Source: Azolla caroliniana (lineage: Eukaryota > Plantae > Polypodiophyta). From it: DNA of 64,000 bases. Both the position numbers and the translations under genes were made by a program. The DNA is taken from contig JBHGNT010000014.1 of assembly GCA_043228905.1 (NCBI GenBank), forward strand, positions 12,524,001-12,588,000, read 5' to 3'. How positions within the stretch are numbered: the stretch's first letter is position 1; every line of letters begins with the position of its first letter. The notes under the pieces are model-generated. The model was given only the letters and a program-made list of their open reading frames with translations. It was not told the DNA's origin and searched no databases. Shown piece after piece: positions 37,177 to 50,408 of the stretch.

Positions 37177-40100
37177 TGTAATGTTCATTGGTTTAGACGT
37201 GCTTATTAGGGGGCTATCATACTGTAATATCTGAGTTGTCGGTTTGATTGGATTGACCTAACGTGTGTCATAGGGTACCCCACACATGATTGGTCAGGTA
37301 GATGTCATTACATGGCCTAGGTCCTATAAATAGGGGAGACTCTCCTTGGTTAAGGGGGAGCCCCATGAGTGGTTCAGAGGAAGCTCTCTTTGATGTGGAC
37401 TAGTCATCTACCAAGGTCCTGACGTGGAGATCCTAGCTGGTATGGGACAAATCGGGATTCCTCGTCTACGTTGTTGACTTTGGCGTGGGGGTGGATGGGT
37501 GATAACATGTATTTTCAATATGATTGTGTCATTTATATCTTTATTTTAGGATTAATGATCTTGGTTATTACATATGGTATCAGAGCGGTTTTAATCCTAA
37601 AAAAATAATGTTTGATTGGATTCGCGTTGTGTGCTTTAGTACGGGAAAATATGTTATATTTTTTTTACGTACTAATGAATGTTAAATGATGGATTGGGGA
37701 AGTGTCAAAAACACCACGGAGATTCCGTTTGGGGGAGATATGTTGATGTGTGGTATATTGTAGGGGGTTATGTATAATGAATATATTAAGGTTTTGACGA
37801 AATACACCTTATCACAACAAGATTTGTGTGATGGGTTGGCTAGTAGATTCTTGTTATAACCTTAAAAGTAAAGGCTATGAGTTCGATCCACTCTTACACA
37901 AAGAAAAACAAATCAAGGGGTTAAAAAAGTTTTACAAAATTATTGTTATTATTATTATGTGTTTGTTTTACATTTAGATATTTAATATATAGTTATTCAA
38001 ATAAAAGCATCATAAATATACTTATATTTTATTTTTCGTATACCCCTTTTGATCTAATGGCTATGCCCATGAGGCGGCCTTACGTGTGGAAATCGTATCT
38101 CTAGAGGTCGGCCACCTAATATACTATAGGTGATGCTTGATCGTCGAATTTTCGATAAAATAATTGATGATCATCATATATATGGATAATGATCCTTGAT
38201 AATCAATTTAATTAAAATTGGCTGATAGAACTAGGGTGATGATCGTTGATTGTTGATAATCAATTGATAATCGGCCCTAAGGTTTAATTGAAATGGCCAC
38301 AATCATCCATCACCACGGGTGTGTGTTAATTACATGATGATGGATGGATAATCCATAGATCATTAACGTTAATGGGTGGATTATATGGATGATTATATAG
38401 TTGATTAAAAGGATGATAATATAATTATATGGATAAGATCATCATAATTTATTAATCGATACGAAGGAGAGAGATAAGAGAAGAAATCAATGTTGAGAGG
38501 GATCATGAGTGATTCTCAAGAGGAATATTGGGATGATGAGTGAAGAGATCATCATTATTGGGATGATCATCATAATCATTTGGTTAGTACAATGATTTTC
38601 AAGGAAGTCACCTACTATCCCCACTGACTTCCAAAAAGGGGATGTTTATCTCTAAAATCAAAACTAGAAAATTTTGATAACTAAAAAAAGAGAAATTCCT
38701 AGTTTGGAAGCACTAAAAAAAGTAACCTTAGAGAGGTAGTCACCGACTATTCCGCACCGACTTCTTAAAAGGTAAGGTATTGCTCCTAATGTCTAATCTA
38801 GAAATTCCTATAGATAAAAAAGGGATAAATGCCTAAATTGGACATATCTAGGGGGAATTTTTTTTACTCACCGACTTAAGAAAATTGGGTATATAAGTAT
38901 TCCCACTCTCTCATTATCTATCACTCTTCATTTTCTCATCTAAATCCTAAAGTATTTTATAATACACTTTAGTACTTTAGACTTTAGTATACTTATTTCT
39001 TTCCTCTCTCAACTCTCCTTATTTTTCATGCCTTCCTCTCGTAATTCCGCACATCACACATCTCCCAATCATCATAGTTTTTCGACACATCCCACATCTC
39101 CCACCCGTCAAGGTCATCCAATTTCTCCTATGCGAGATGAGGACGACCGACCAATATCTCCAGTTCGTGACGCGGATATTAACGACGATATTGAATTCGT
39201 CACGAGGGATGATTTTCGCAAAACGCAAGACAATATTGTTAAGTCAATGACAATGGTCACGACTGCATTCTCCTCCAAACTTGAAGGGCTTCTTGATGCC
39301 AATAGGCATTAGTTTGTAAACCTTCAACAACAAATTTTGGAGTTAAAGGCACACGCTTCCACATCAAGCAATACAAAGAAACCTTCATTTACTCCTCAAC
39401 AGTTCTCGGGAAGGGATAAGCAACGGAACCACGAGTTTGTGAGCAGTTGGATAAACCGATGGAATGCTCACTTTCGCCTCGAGAATATTCAGAATGACTC
39501 TAAAAATATCGATATGGCGGTTCGTGAGATGATCGGTGCCGCAAACTCATGGTGGGAGCGGTTGGATAGAAAACCGGGAACGTGGGAGGCATTTGAAAAG
39601 ACTCTCAGGATGGAATTTGTCTGTCCCAAGACGACTTCTCAAGTGATACAAGATATGTGTCACTTGTCAAATAAGGGCAGTACTATTGACCAATTCAATT
39701 AGTATTTCCGTGCTTGATAACAAAGCATGGACTTTTGTCGACATCTAATGAGGAAATACTGATAGGATTATATATTAATAGTTTTCATAATAAAGATTTT
39801 CATTATGAGATCCATGCTCATCAACCCAAGACCTTGGGAGAAGCGATGGAACGTGCCCGCATTATGTTTGACACAAAAGCTCGTTACCAACCAAAAGAGT
39901 CGGAAGGAGAAAGTGGTAAACGTAGATACCAACCTTCTCTGATAGGTCAAGGCGACAATGCGACAATGCGGGTAATAATCTGCAACTTTGGTAAGAAGCC
40001 TGGGCATAAAGCCAACGAGTGTAGGTGGAGAAAGGAGAGCGGTAACTCCAACAATCCGCAAAGAAAGCCATCAACTTCCAATAAGCCAAGTATGTTCTTG

Positions 40101-43100
40101 AATTATTCGAATTCCCTTAGTTCTATTGCATTACAAAAAAATATTCTTGGACCGCACGATTTACTTAAAACTTATGGAACTATCCACAATCAAAGTGTAA
40201 CTATACTATTTGACTGTGGTAGCACTCATAATTTTCTTGACTCTAATATGGTGTAGATGTTACAAATAAAAACAACTAAAAGTGACCATGACTACAAAGT
40301 CCTTACTACGGGAGGCCATGTCCAAAGGCATTCATTAATTGCACATGGTGTACCCCTAATAATAAATATCTACATTCAACAGTTGACTTTTCATGTAATG
40401 CGTTTACCAACGGTAGATGTAGTTCTTGGTTACGTATGGTTTTATAATAGACATAGTCTTTATATAGATTGGCTGAATCATACCATTTCTTTTGAAGGAA
40501 ATAACAACCAACACGTTTTTATTCATGGGATTATGATAAACAATTTAATGTCTGCTAATCATCTTTATGCTTATGATCAAAACGTTGATGCACAATTTTA
40601 TGCATGTATATTAGAGCCCAATGATCCTCTGTATCAATTTGTAGATAAGAGTTCATTGGATGATTTTGAGAAAGATGCTCTACGTGACATCTTGTCAAAT
40701 TTTAAGGAGATATTCCCGGATAAGTTACCTCAAGGACTACCTCCTTCTCGGTCTATAGATCATAAGATAAACTTGGTTCCAGGTGCTAAACCTGTGAGCA
40801 TACCCCCATATTGGTTGAATCGAACCAAAGAGGATGAAATTGCTTGGCAAATCAAGGAATACTTGAGGATGGGACACATCCGGTACAGTAAATTGCCATG
40901 GGGAGCTCCCGTCATCTTAGCCAAGAAGAAGGATGGAACTTGGCAAATGTGTGTGAATTGCAAAGGTTTGAATAAACTCACCATTCGCAATTCCTACCCT
41001 TTGCCTCGTTTTGATGACTTGATAGATAGAATCCAAAGTGCAAGATACTTTACTAAGATAGACTTGCGCACTGGCTATCATCAGATCAGGGTTTTAGAAG
41101 AAGATGTTTCCAAACCAGCTTTCCGAACTCGTTATGGTCATTATGAGTTTTGGGTTCTACCATTTGGGTTGACTGATGCTCCAGCCACATTCCAGTAATT
41201 GATGAATGATATATTCAGAGATCTGCTTGGTGATTTCGTGGTCGTATTCCTTGATGATATCGTAGTATATAGTAATACATTTGAGGAGCATATGCGTCAT
41301 GTCCGAATAGTTTTGGACAAGCTTTGTGAATACAAGCTATTTGCCAAACTATCTAAATGTAATTTCTTTCAAAAGGAGATTACGTATCTTGGACACCACA
41401 TATCTAGGTCGGGTGTGTCTATTGATAAATCTAAGATAGAAGCAGTATTAAATTGGCCACGACCTTCAAATGTTAAGGAGCTATGATCTTTCTTAGGATT
41501 TTGTTGGATTCCTAAGAAGATCTCTTCAAAACTATTCATCCTACACTGCACCATTTACGGACCTATTGAAGGGTATTACCAGAAAGTCCACTAAACCTAT
41601 TGAGTGGAATGCCTCTCTTGAAGAAACCTTCAATAAGTTGAAGTCATTATTGTGAATGCACCTACTTTAGCTATACCTGATCCTAATCAAACATTCGAAG
41701 TTGAGATGGATGCAAGTGATTATGCTATTGGGGCTGCATTATTTCAAATTGGGAGACTGATTGCTTTTGAAAGAAAAAAATTGGATTTGGCCCAAAGAAA
41801 TTACTCGGTTCAAGAAAAAGAATTATTTGCTTTAATTTACGCCTTAAAGAAATCGCGACATTATTTATATGGTAGTAAATTTACTATTTTAACGGATCAC
41901 AAATCCTTGCAATACTTCCTCTCTCAAAAGAATTTTGAGGGTCGAAAGGCAAGATGGGCGGAGCTAATGCAAGACTTTGATTTCGAAATTAGATATCGAA
42001 AAGGGGCTTTGAATTCCGTTGCAGATGCCCTGAGTCGTATTCCATAAATTAATGCCCTAAGTTTCGTGGAATTTAACAACGACTTATATGATTCGATCTA
42101 GGGTAAACAAAAATACCTTGACGACAAAACATTCTCAAAGTTCTGGAAGAGAGCTGAAACAGGTATTGACGTCGATCATGGAACCATCTACCCCGAAGAA
42201 CCTTTACTATGTTGCAAATGGGTTATTGTACTGCAATAGTAAGGTTTGCATACCACACATAAAGGACATCAAGAATAAAATTCTGTATGAATGTCCTGAT
42301 GCCCCTTCTGCTGGACATCCAGGTGTGCAAAGAACATTAGCTTTGATTAAAGCTAGGTTTTTCTGACCAAAAATGAAACCTGAGGTAGAGTCCTATGTCA
42401 TTCGTTGTCCACAATGTCAAGTCATTAAGGCTAAGCGACAGAAAAAAGTTGGCTTATTGTAACCTCTCGATATTCCAGCTGAAAAGTGGCAAAGTATATC
42501 CATGGATTTCATAGTTGGATTACCTTGTTTCATTGAGGGAAATAATGCCATTTGGGTGGTTGTTGATCGGCTTACCAAGATGGCAAGATTCATTCCAACA
42601 AAATCCACAATTACCGCAAAGAAATTGGCTATTAAGTTTATTAAACATCTTTATAGCTTATATGGTCTACTAATGGAGATCGTAAGTGATCGAGACTCCA
42701 AGTTTACAAGTACATTTTGGTCAGAAGTTATGCAGAAACTGCAAACAACCTTGAGTCTCAGTTCTTCTGATCATCCTCAATCAGATGGGAGAGAGTGAAT
42801 AAGATATTAGAGGATATGTTGAGAGCATATGTAGCACAAAAACCCTCATTATGGGAGACTTACCTTCCTATGGTGGAATTTGCCTACAACAGTGCTAAGC
42901 ATACATAAAAAACATTCAGTCCGTTCATGTTGATGTATGGTTATACGCCACGTCCTCCTATTGATGTTTCGTTTGATTCACATACTTTGGATAGTACAAA
43001 GGATTTCCTGTCTGATATGTTTGAAGCACGTAAATTGGCAGAAGAAAACCTTAAGATAACATGGGACCGAAATGTCTTTTATGCAAATCATGATAGAAAA

Positions 43101-43955
43101 CAGAGGGAATTTCACGTAGGACAACTTTTTCTACGGGTTCCTAAGGACTTAGAAACATTGAGAACAGGACCGTGTGCAAAATTAGCCCCAAGGTATTGTG
43201 GACCATATAAGGTTTTAAAACGTATAGGTTCCAATGTTTATCATTTGGATTTGCCTTCCAATGTGATGGTTCATTCCGTATTCCACGTGAGTCAATTAAA
43301 GGAGGCGATTGGTTAGGATGATAATGTTGTAACATTGTCTAATTTATCGACATTAGAGGATGATCATTTTGCTCCACATGAACCTGAGAAAATCCTCGAA
43401 CATAGGTCTAGAAACCTAAGGTCAAAAGTTGTTCATCGCAATAAGGTTAAGTGGAAGGATAGATTGGAAGAAGACAGCACATGGGAAACTGAAGAGACAT
43501 TACGCAAACATTTTCCTAAATTCCCATTGCAAGAGTGCAATTAAATAGAGGGGGGATTATGTAATGTTCATTGGTTTAGACGTGCTTATTAGGGGGCTAT
43601 CATACTGTAATATTTGAGTCGTCGGCTTTATTGTACTGACCTAATGTGTGCCATAGGGTACCCCGCACATGATTGGTAAGGTAGATGTCATTACATGGCC
43701 TAGGTCCTATAAATAGGGGAGACTCTCCTTGGTTAAGGGGGAGCCCCATGAGTGGTTTAGATGAAGATCTCTTTGATGTGGACCAGTCATCTACCAAGGT
43801 CCTGACGTGGAGATCATAGCTGGTATGGGACAGATCATGATTTCCCATGTGCGCTGTCGACTTTGGCGCGGGGGCGGATGGGTGGTAACATGTATTTTCA
43901 GTATGATTGTGTCATCTATATCTTTATCTTAGGATTAATGATCTTGGTTATTACA
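37177..43955 (+). mobile_element. Full-length decayed chromovirus Ty3/Gypsy element
   Basis: 396-bp LTRs at 37177-37572 and 43560-43955; TSD CTTCG. Met PBS at 37575-37586; PPT at about 43547-43557. gag from 39028, protease FDCGS, RT FLDD, integrase with GPY motif. Confidence 0.96.
43335..43544 (+). pseudogene. Chromodomain at the integrase C-terminus
   Basis: EPEKILEHR...VKWK...DSTWE.E..L...FP pattern. Confidence 0.85.
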
Positions 43956-46900
43956 CTTCGGAAGAAGGGGGAGCTTCCATGCTGAACAAGGTCGGCAAAC
44001 GTGGTCCATTGCTTGCAACTATTGCGGCAAAATCAGCCACCGTGAAGAGGAGTGTCGGAAAAAGAGAAGTGAGTCAGCTTCGATAAGCCGACAACACACG
44101 AATTATGTCACCAACTCCTGCGTGGATTGGGGAAGGGATAAAAGTCGCTCGCGCCAGACTATTCGTAATGAGGCATAGAGCGAACTCTATGTCAACCTCC
44201 GACTTCGCAAGCACCTCCAATTCGGAAGACGTATCGTTCATCAATTCCGGCACCTCACATCATATGATGTCACACCAAGAGTGCTTTCATGACTTACGAA
44301 TGCTGGACCGACCCAGCTTCATAGAGACGGGAGACGACACCACACATCTCATTCAGCACATCGGCAATGTCCCATTCGGGAAAGAAGGCGAGTAAATTTG
44401 CATCAAGAATGTCTTGCATGTGCCCACAATAATAAAGAATTTGGTCTCCGTCAGTCCAATCGTAGAGCAAGGCATGCAAGTGCGTTTCAACAACGAAGGT
44501 TTTTTCATCGAGAAATATGGCCAACTCATAGCCAAGGGACGGAGAGACGGTCGAATGTTTATCCTTGATTCGGTCGAGGTGAGATCGGTCATGTATGCCA
44601 AAGGGCTCAAAACTAGGACAAATATTGAGTTGTGGCACGAAAGAATCGGCCACATAAACCTCCAACAACTTCAGGAAATGCAATCAAAGGGAGTCGTCAT
44701 CGGACTTCCGACATTCGAGTTGAAACGAGTCGACCGAGTATGCAAAGCATGGCAACTTGGCAAACAACATCGACTCCCATTCCCGAAGGAGAGCTCTGTA
44801 AGCAAATACCTTCTCGACATCATACACTCGGATGTATGGGGACTGGCTCAAACGCTGGCGAATGGCGGATGCCGATACTACGTCACCTTCATTGACGACT
44901 ACTCGTGCTACACGTGGATCTTCCTGATGAAGAAGAAGAGTGAAGTGTTCTCCTACTTCCAAAAGCTCAAGGGCCACTCGAAAAAGAAACCGGTCGACAC
45001 ATTCGATGCCTACGATCAGATGGAGGCAATGAGTACTTCTCCAAGGAATTCACCTCCTACCTCCAAAGTGAAGACATTCGGAGAGAATTCTTATGCCGAC
45101 ACACACCCCAACAAAATGGAGTCACCGAAAGGAAGAATCGGCAAATACTTGAGGTAGTACGGGCCATGTTACATGAGAAGCACATGCCGAACTTCTATTG
45201 GACCGAAGTGGCATCCACGGCCTTCTATCTCATGAATTGATGCACCACCAATGGAGTGCATGAGCTACCTCCATACGAGGTCCTTGTCAAAAGAAAGCAG
45301 ATCTTGTCGCACCTCAAGGTGTTCGGAAGCATTGCAAATGTATGCATCCCGAACAAACAACGACAGAAGCCCAACACGAAGTTGGAGGAATGTATCCTCA
45401 TAGGATACTCGTCCGAGAAGAAGGCATACAAGTGCTACAACCCTGCTACCTGGGCGGTTCGGGTATGTCGAGATGTAGTCTTCGACAAGTTCTCATCCTG
45501 GTACGCACCAGAGACAACTTCGACTTCGACTCCGCTCGACCCGGAATCCGCCGAAGAAGAGGTAGAAGATGGAGATTGCTTCGAACAGATGTTCGAAGAA
45601 AGTCCGATTACGACAAGGCTTAGTGGTCCACAACAGCCCCCGTGCGACCCAAGCACATTGTGGCCAAGTTTGCACTTGGAAAAAGGCAAAGGTAAGATGC
45701 CCGAATACGAAGTCGACCACCCTGACAACAAACGACTCTGATGTGTCGGCTCGTTGACTAGACAGTGAGTTTGGTGTATCCATCATGCAGATACCCAAAG
45801 CAAAGAAGGCGCTCACATAAGCGTGCGAAAAACTTCGACACTCATCTAGAGCTAAGAACCCCGTCACTCGGCTAGGCTACAACGAGTACATGGCCCATCA
45901 CTATGCCTTCGCGATGAAGGTAGCGGCCGAACAGGAGCCCAAGAGCTCCACTGAAGTGACTGGTAACCTATGATGGATGGAAGTAGTCGACCTTCACCCA
46001 CACACTACAAGCCTTCGTTACCAGCTTGAGGGGGAGGAACCGAGATTGCCATGACAAAGAAAGCCGAAGGACGGACAGAAGCACACGAAGCAGATGAAAG
46101 CCAAAGCGGATGTCAGACGCCTCACACTTGAGCTTGAATGGGCATGTTGAGAGATGAAGCTCAACTTAGTTTAGTTATTTAGTTAACCATGTAACTTTGT
46201 AGTTACCTAGATAGATTCTCCTCACACATGTACACCCTTGCACATGAGATCTATATATACCTCATTGTGGGTATTTTTGTATTTGAAGATGATGATTCTA
46301 ATTTAATATAAAGTTAATCATCCCCCATCTTGTGTTATTCATACGTGTATCTTCCTCTCTCTCTTCCTCACACACACATATCACTTAATCTTCCGCTGCT
46401 TAATCATATAATTAGGTACAAATTAACCCATACTTAATTACCTAATTATTAATAACACCAACATTTCCTAATTCATTATGCGATGAAGTAGTGAATACAA
46501 TAATTTACATCCTCAATTGAAGCCACAAGAAGGCACTTCAAGGGAAGACAACTCAAGAAGTGTATTTAGGCAAGAAACCTTCAATGCTGCACTTCAAGAC
46601 CTTTAGGGGTATATGCTATGCATAAGTTCTAGAGATAAACAAGAAGAAGTTAGATGCTAAAAGCAAGAAATATATCTTTCTCAGATATAGTGAAAAGTCA
46701 AAGGACTATTGACTCTATGATCTAGAGGTAAGAAAGTCATTTGATGAGGAATAGCCCACCTAGTTTAGAACAGGGATTCTAAAGTTATCTCATTAATTGA
46801 AGAAGTATTCCACCCAATAACGATGTCGTCGTGTGGGGAGCGCATAGGAGAAAATAAGTCAAATTTGAATATATAAGGTTCAAACAAATTGAAAAATATC

Positions 46901-47289
46901 ACAAATCAAAAGGCTTAGCCAAATTGATAAAAGCTTGTGTTATAAGTGGGAGGTCAAGAGTTTGAGTCTTGTTTGGATTATAGAAGAGCAAGCGAACAAA
47001 TTGATGGACATTATCAGGCACTAGAGAAAAACTAGAGCAGGCAAGTGGGAAAAAAATGTGAGATGCATGCTAAATAAAAAAAACATTACTCACAATTTTT
47101 ATTTGTGCGAGAGCCTCGAATCCAATAAAAGGGTGAGGAGATCTCATTGTTTAGCGGTATTAGTAGTAAGATTTTCACTATTATAGAGCCTGTTTGTAAA
47201 AAATGGTTAATAAAAAGACTGCTTAGTAGTTCCAATATATATTCTCACAACAACTCATTTTAAATGCCCTTACATAGAAAACACATGAT

Positions 47290-47790
47290 GTTCTATATAT
47301 GTTTGTATGTATGTATTGTATTATCTAAATTGTATTGCATTTCTTGTATATATTTTATTTATGGGTTGTGTATGTATGTATGTATGTATGTGTAATGTGT
47401 GTACGTGTGTATATATATATGTATGTATTATATTGTATTCCATCTTTATGTATGTTTATATTATATTTCATGTGTATGCATGCATCCATGTATGTATTCT
47501 ATTCCATGTTTATGTATGTATGTATGTATTGTATTTGATGTTTATGTATGTATATATTATATTGTATTGCATGTGTTGCATATATTGTATGTATGGCCTG
47601 TGTATATGTATCTATGTACTTTGTGGTGTGTGTGCTATGTGTGTGTGTGTGTGAATGTGTGTATGTATGTATGTATGTGTATGTGTGTGTATGTATACGT
47701 GCATGTGTGTTCTATATATGTGCTTGTTGTATCTATGTAGATGTGTGCATATGTGTTCTATATATGTGCATGTGTGTTCTATACATGTCA
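47290..47790. repeat. Degenerate (TGTA/TA/TG)n microsatellite, probably the 3' tail of the adjacent LINE
   Basis: Low-complexity tract lying 3' of the minus-strand RTE fragment. Confidence 0.85.
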
Positions 47791-47959
47791 TTACAACAAA
47801 ATAGGCTGGTAGTGATGCCAAACCACATCGCTAACAACATTCTTATTGGCATCATTTATATACCATCGTTCAACAACGCGTTCTTTAAAAATTTGTTTAA
47901 AATAAAATAAAATTAATAGTTATTTATTTTGTGTATTATTTTTTAATTTTATCTATTTA

Positions 47960-48900
47960 TTTATTTGTTTAAAATGTGTTTCTATGTATGGATGCAGTTT
48001 GTTTGTTTGCATAGCCGACCACTATTATCACTTGTGCCCCAACGCCACGTCTCACATTGCAATGCATGTGAGCTAAGTCGCATGGAAGCAATGGTTCGAA
48101 TGGCAGATAACGGTACGGGCTCTAACATGTATTGATGTGTACGGTTTCCTTGTTCTGCAAAGAATATGGTCTTTTAGCTAGGTGCAACATGTGTAGTATA
48201 ATGTGTGAAGCGTGAGCCTCCACATTTGTCCCATGTCTTGATACATTGGTGTTGCAAAAAGGCATCATTTACAGAGGAATCTAGTGATGCATCATGAAGC
48301 AAGTGTCTCGCATCCCATCTACCAAATCATTTTTCTATATCTTGCATCAAACCGGAACACAAAATTTTGCTTTTATGCGTCTTTTGGATCTTTTTGCTTG
48401 CTTTCCATGCAATTCTAAGAAGTCAATGTGAGGGACTTTTTTGAACCTTAAGCATGTATTCAACAACCCTTTCCATGGCCATGATCTCAATGGGAAGCGA
48501 TCCCGTCTAACGGAGGAGGTGTAGGGCCTTTGTTTCTTAACTTGTAGAAACTTTGTAAGAAAATGTTTTTGGACATTTTCAAACTCTTTCCGCATAGATT
48601 TAGGGATACTACCCCCCCATACTTCCACCCCATAGAGAAGAACCAGTGTCACCAAAGTGTCGAAAAGATATTTCTTTTGGACCCAACACTTAATATCTCC
48701 AACATTGCATGTGTTCTCAAATGCATAATATGCTTGCTTACCTGCCTCTAAGCGGCGTGTAGCACATTCATTCCATCTATGATTTGAAGGAACTTCAAGG
48801 TCAAGATATTTCAAGCTTTTCACACATTTAAGTAGCTCATTATTGTACATAATGCATGGTTTATCTCTTTTTTGGCTCTTCACAATCATAATCTTTGTTT

Positions 48901-48901
<1 letters not shown>
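47960..48901 (-). pseudogene. RTE-type LINE reverse-transcriptase C-terminal fragment
   Basis: ORF 48347-48889: VKSLKYLDL...RRLEAGKQAY...LLYGVEVW. Confidence 0.8.
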
Positions 48902-48930
<29 letters not shown>

Positions 48931-48932
<2 letters not shown>

Positions 48933-49290
48933 CTAGATGGATGTAGCTCAGTTGGTAAGGTTGCCCAATAAAAACTTGAAGGTCATGGGTTTAATGCCTA
49001 CATTCCAGAGTGGCATCTCGTGAATTAAGATATATAAAGTATTTTAATAAAGAGGTGAGAAAATTGGGTTTCGAACCCAAGACATAGTGCTTGTAGTATA
49101 ACAACTTACCACTAGAGTAAGCTAATTACAATAAAAAAGAGAGAGAGAGAGAGCCCAGATGGATGTAGCTCAATTGGTAAGGTTGCTCAATGGAGACCAG
49201 GAGGTCATGCTTTCAACCCCTACATTTCACAGTGGCATCTAGTTAATTAAAAGGGATATGTATTAAGTATCTAATAGAGAGGTGACCACT
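48931..49290. other. tRNA-derived SINE-like units in (GA)n
   Basis: A box TAGCTCAGTTGG at 48944 and TAGCTCAATTGG at 49166. An opposite-strand unit at 49062-49120 has the T-arm TTGGG-TTCGAAA-CCCAA. Confidence 0.6.
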
Positions 49291-49299
49291 AGGGTAAGG

Positions 49300-50390
49300 T
49301 ACTTAGGAGAGGAGAGGAGAGGAGACAAAGGAACATAACTACCTACTAACTATGTGTCATAGAAGTTAAGTTTTATGACACATTAGTTATGTTACATAGT
49401 GGTAGTTGTGTGTCCACACACTTGTGTTCTTAGGGTGTGTTCACACCATAGGGAAGTTGAGTTTCATTCTTGAAGCTCAACTCCCGGTCATTGGATAGTC
49501 GACTTTGGTCTTGCTGGTATCTAGGTCGGTATGGATAGTTGGCTCTCACTCTAGCTCATTGTACTTCCAGCGCACTCCCCCTCAAGATCACGTGAATTGC
49601 CGAAGCTTGTCAGCTCCTAAGGAATTTGTGAAGATGTCATCTGTTTGGAGATTTGTGATGATATGCTAAAGCTTGACATCTCCGACTAGGACACGTTCTC
49701 GAATGAAGTGATAGTGCACTTCGATGTGCTTAGTTTGAGCATGAAAAACCAGGTTGCAAGCAAGGTGCATGTTGTTGAGGTTGTCGAAGTGTAGCAGGAT
49801 TGGATTGGTAATGGAGACGTTCAGATCCTTTAGTATCCTCTTAAGCCAAACGGCTTCACATGAAGCAACAACCGCACCTCTGTATTCGGCCTTTGTGCCG
49901 GACAGTGCAATTGTCGGCTGCTTTTTGCTGCTCCATGATATGGCTCCGTGGCCAAGGTCCAAGGGAGAAGACGAATCCAGAAGCTGATCATCGGTCGACT
50001 TTGTTGCCCGTCCAGTCGGCATTTGTGTACCATTCGAGGCAAATCGGCACTACCAATTTGTATAGGATATCGTAATTCATAGTACCCCTTACATACCTTA
50101 GCACTTGCTTGACACAATCCAGATGAATGTCCCGAGGTGTTTGTATGAATTGGCTAAGGAGGCTGATCGGATAGCTGAGATTGGGTTGTGTAATGGTAAG
50201 AAAGATCAAGCTTCCGACCGGTTGCCGATAGCGAGTTAGCTCACACTCTTCTGTGTCGGAGTTTGCAGCTACCTTCAGGTTTCGATCGAGAGGGGTTACC
50301 AGAGATCTGCACTTAGTCACCGAGCTTATACAATAAGTTCAAAATGTAGTGCCGTTGGGAGGTCATGATGCCGTTTGGGGCCCGATTTTG
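49300..50390 (-). pseudogene. Copia RT/RNase H fragment plus partial 3' LTR
   Basis: ORFs 49988-50320 and 49666-50022 (SWSSKKQPTIALS, HAQTKHIEVHYHF). 49340-49470 resembles the reverse complement of LTR 4420-4545. Confidence 0.85.
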
Positions 50391-50408
50391 TTTCTTTTCA
50401 AAACAAAA

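Larger units (their letters stand above)
36986..46453 (+). mobile_element. Decayed Copia element (same family as 4407 and 50409), lacking most of RT/RNase H and split by a Gypsy
   Basis: gag end at 36990-37176 resumes at 43961. Integrase ORF 44414-45157 (HSDVWG, FIDDYS). 3' LTR at 46145 to about 46453. Confidence 0.8.

Noticed and set aside
47307-47910. Cys/Tyr/Val-rich ORFs
   Set aside because: They are translations of a TG/TA microsatellite.
48935-49230. Functional tRNA genes
   Set aside because: Acceptor and anticodon stems do not pair, so these are treated as tRNA-derived promoter-like modules only.
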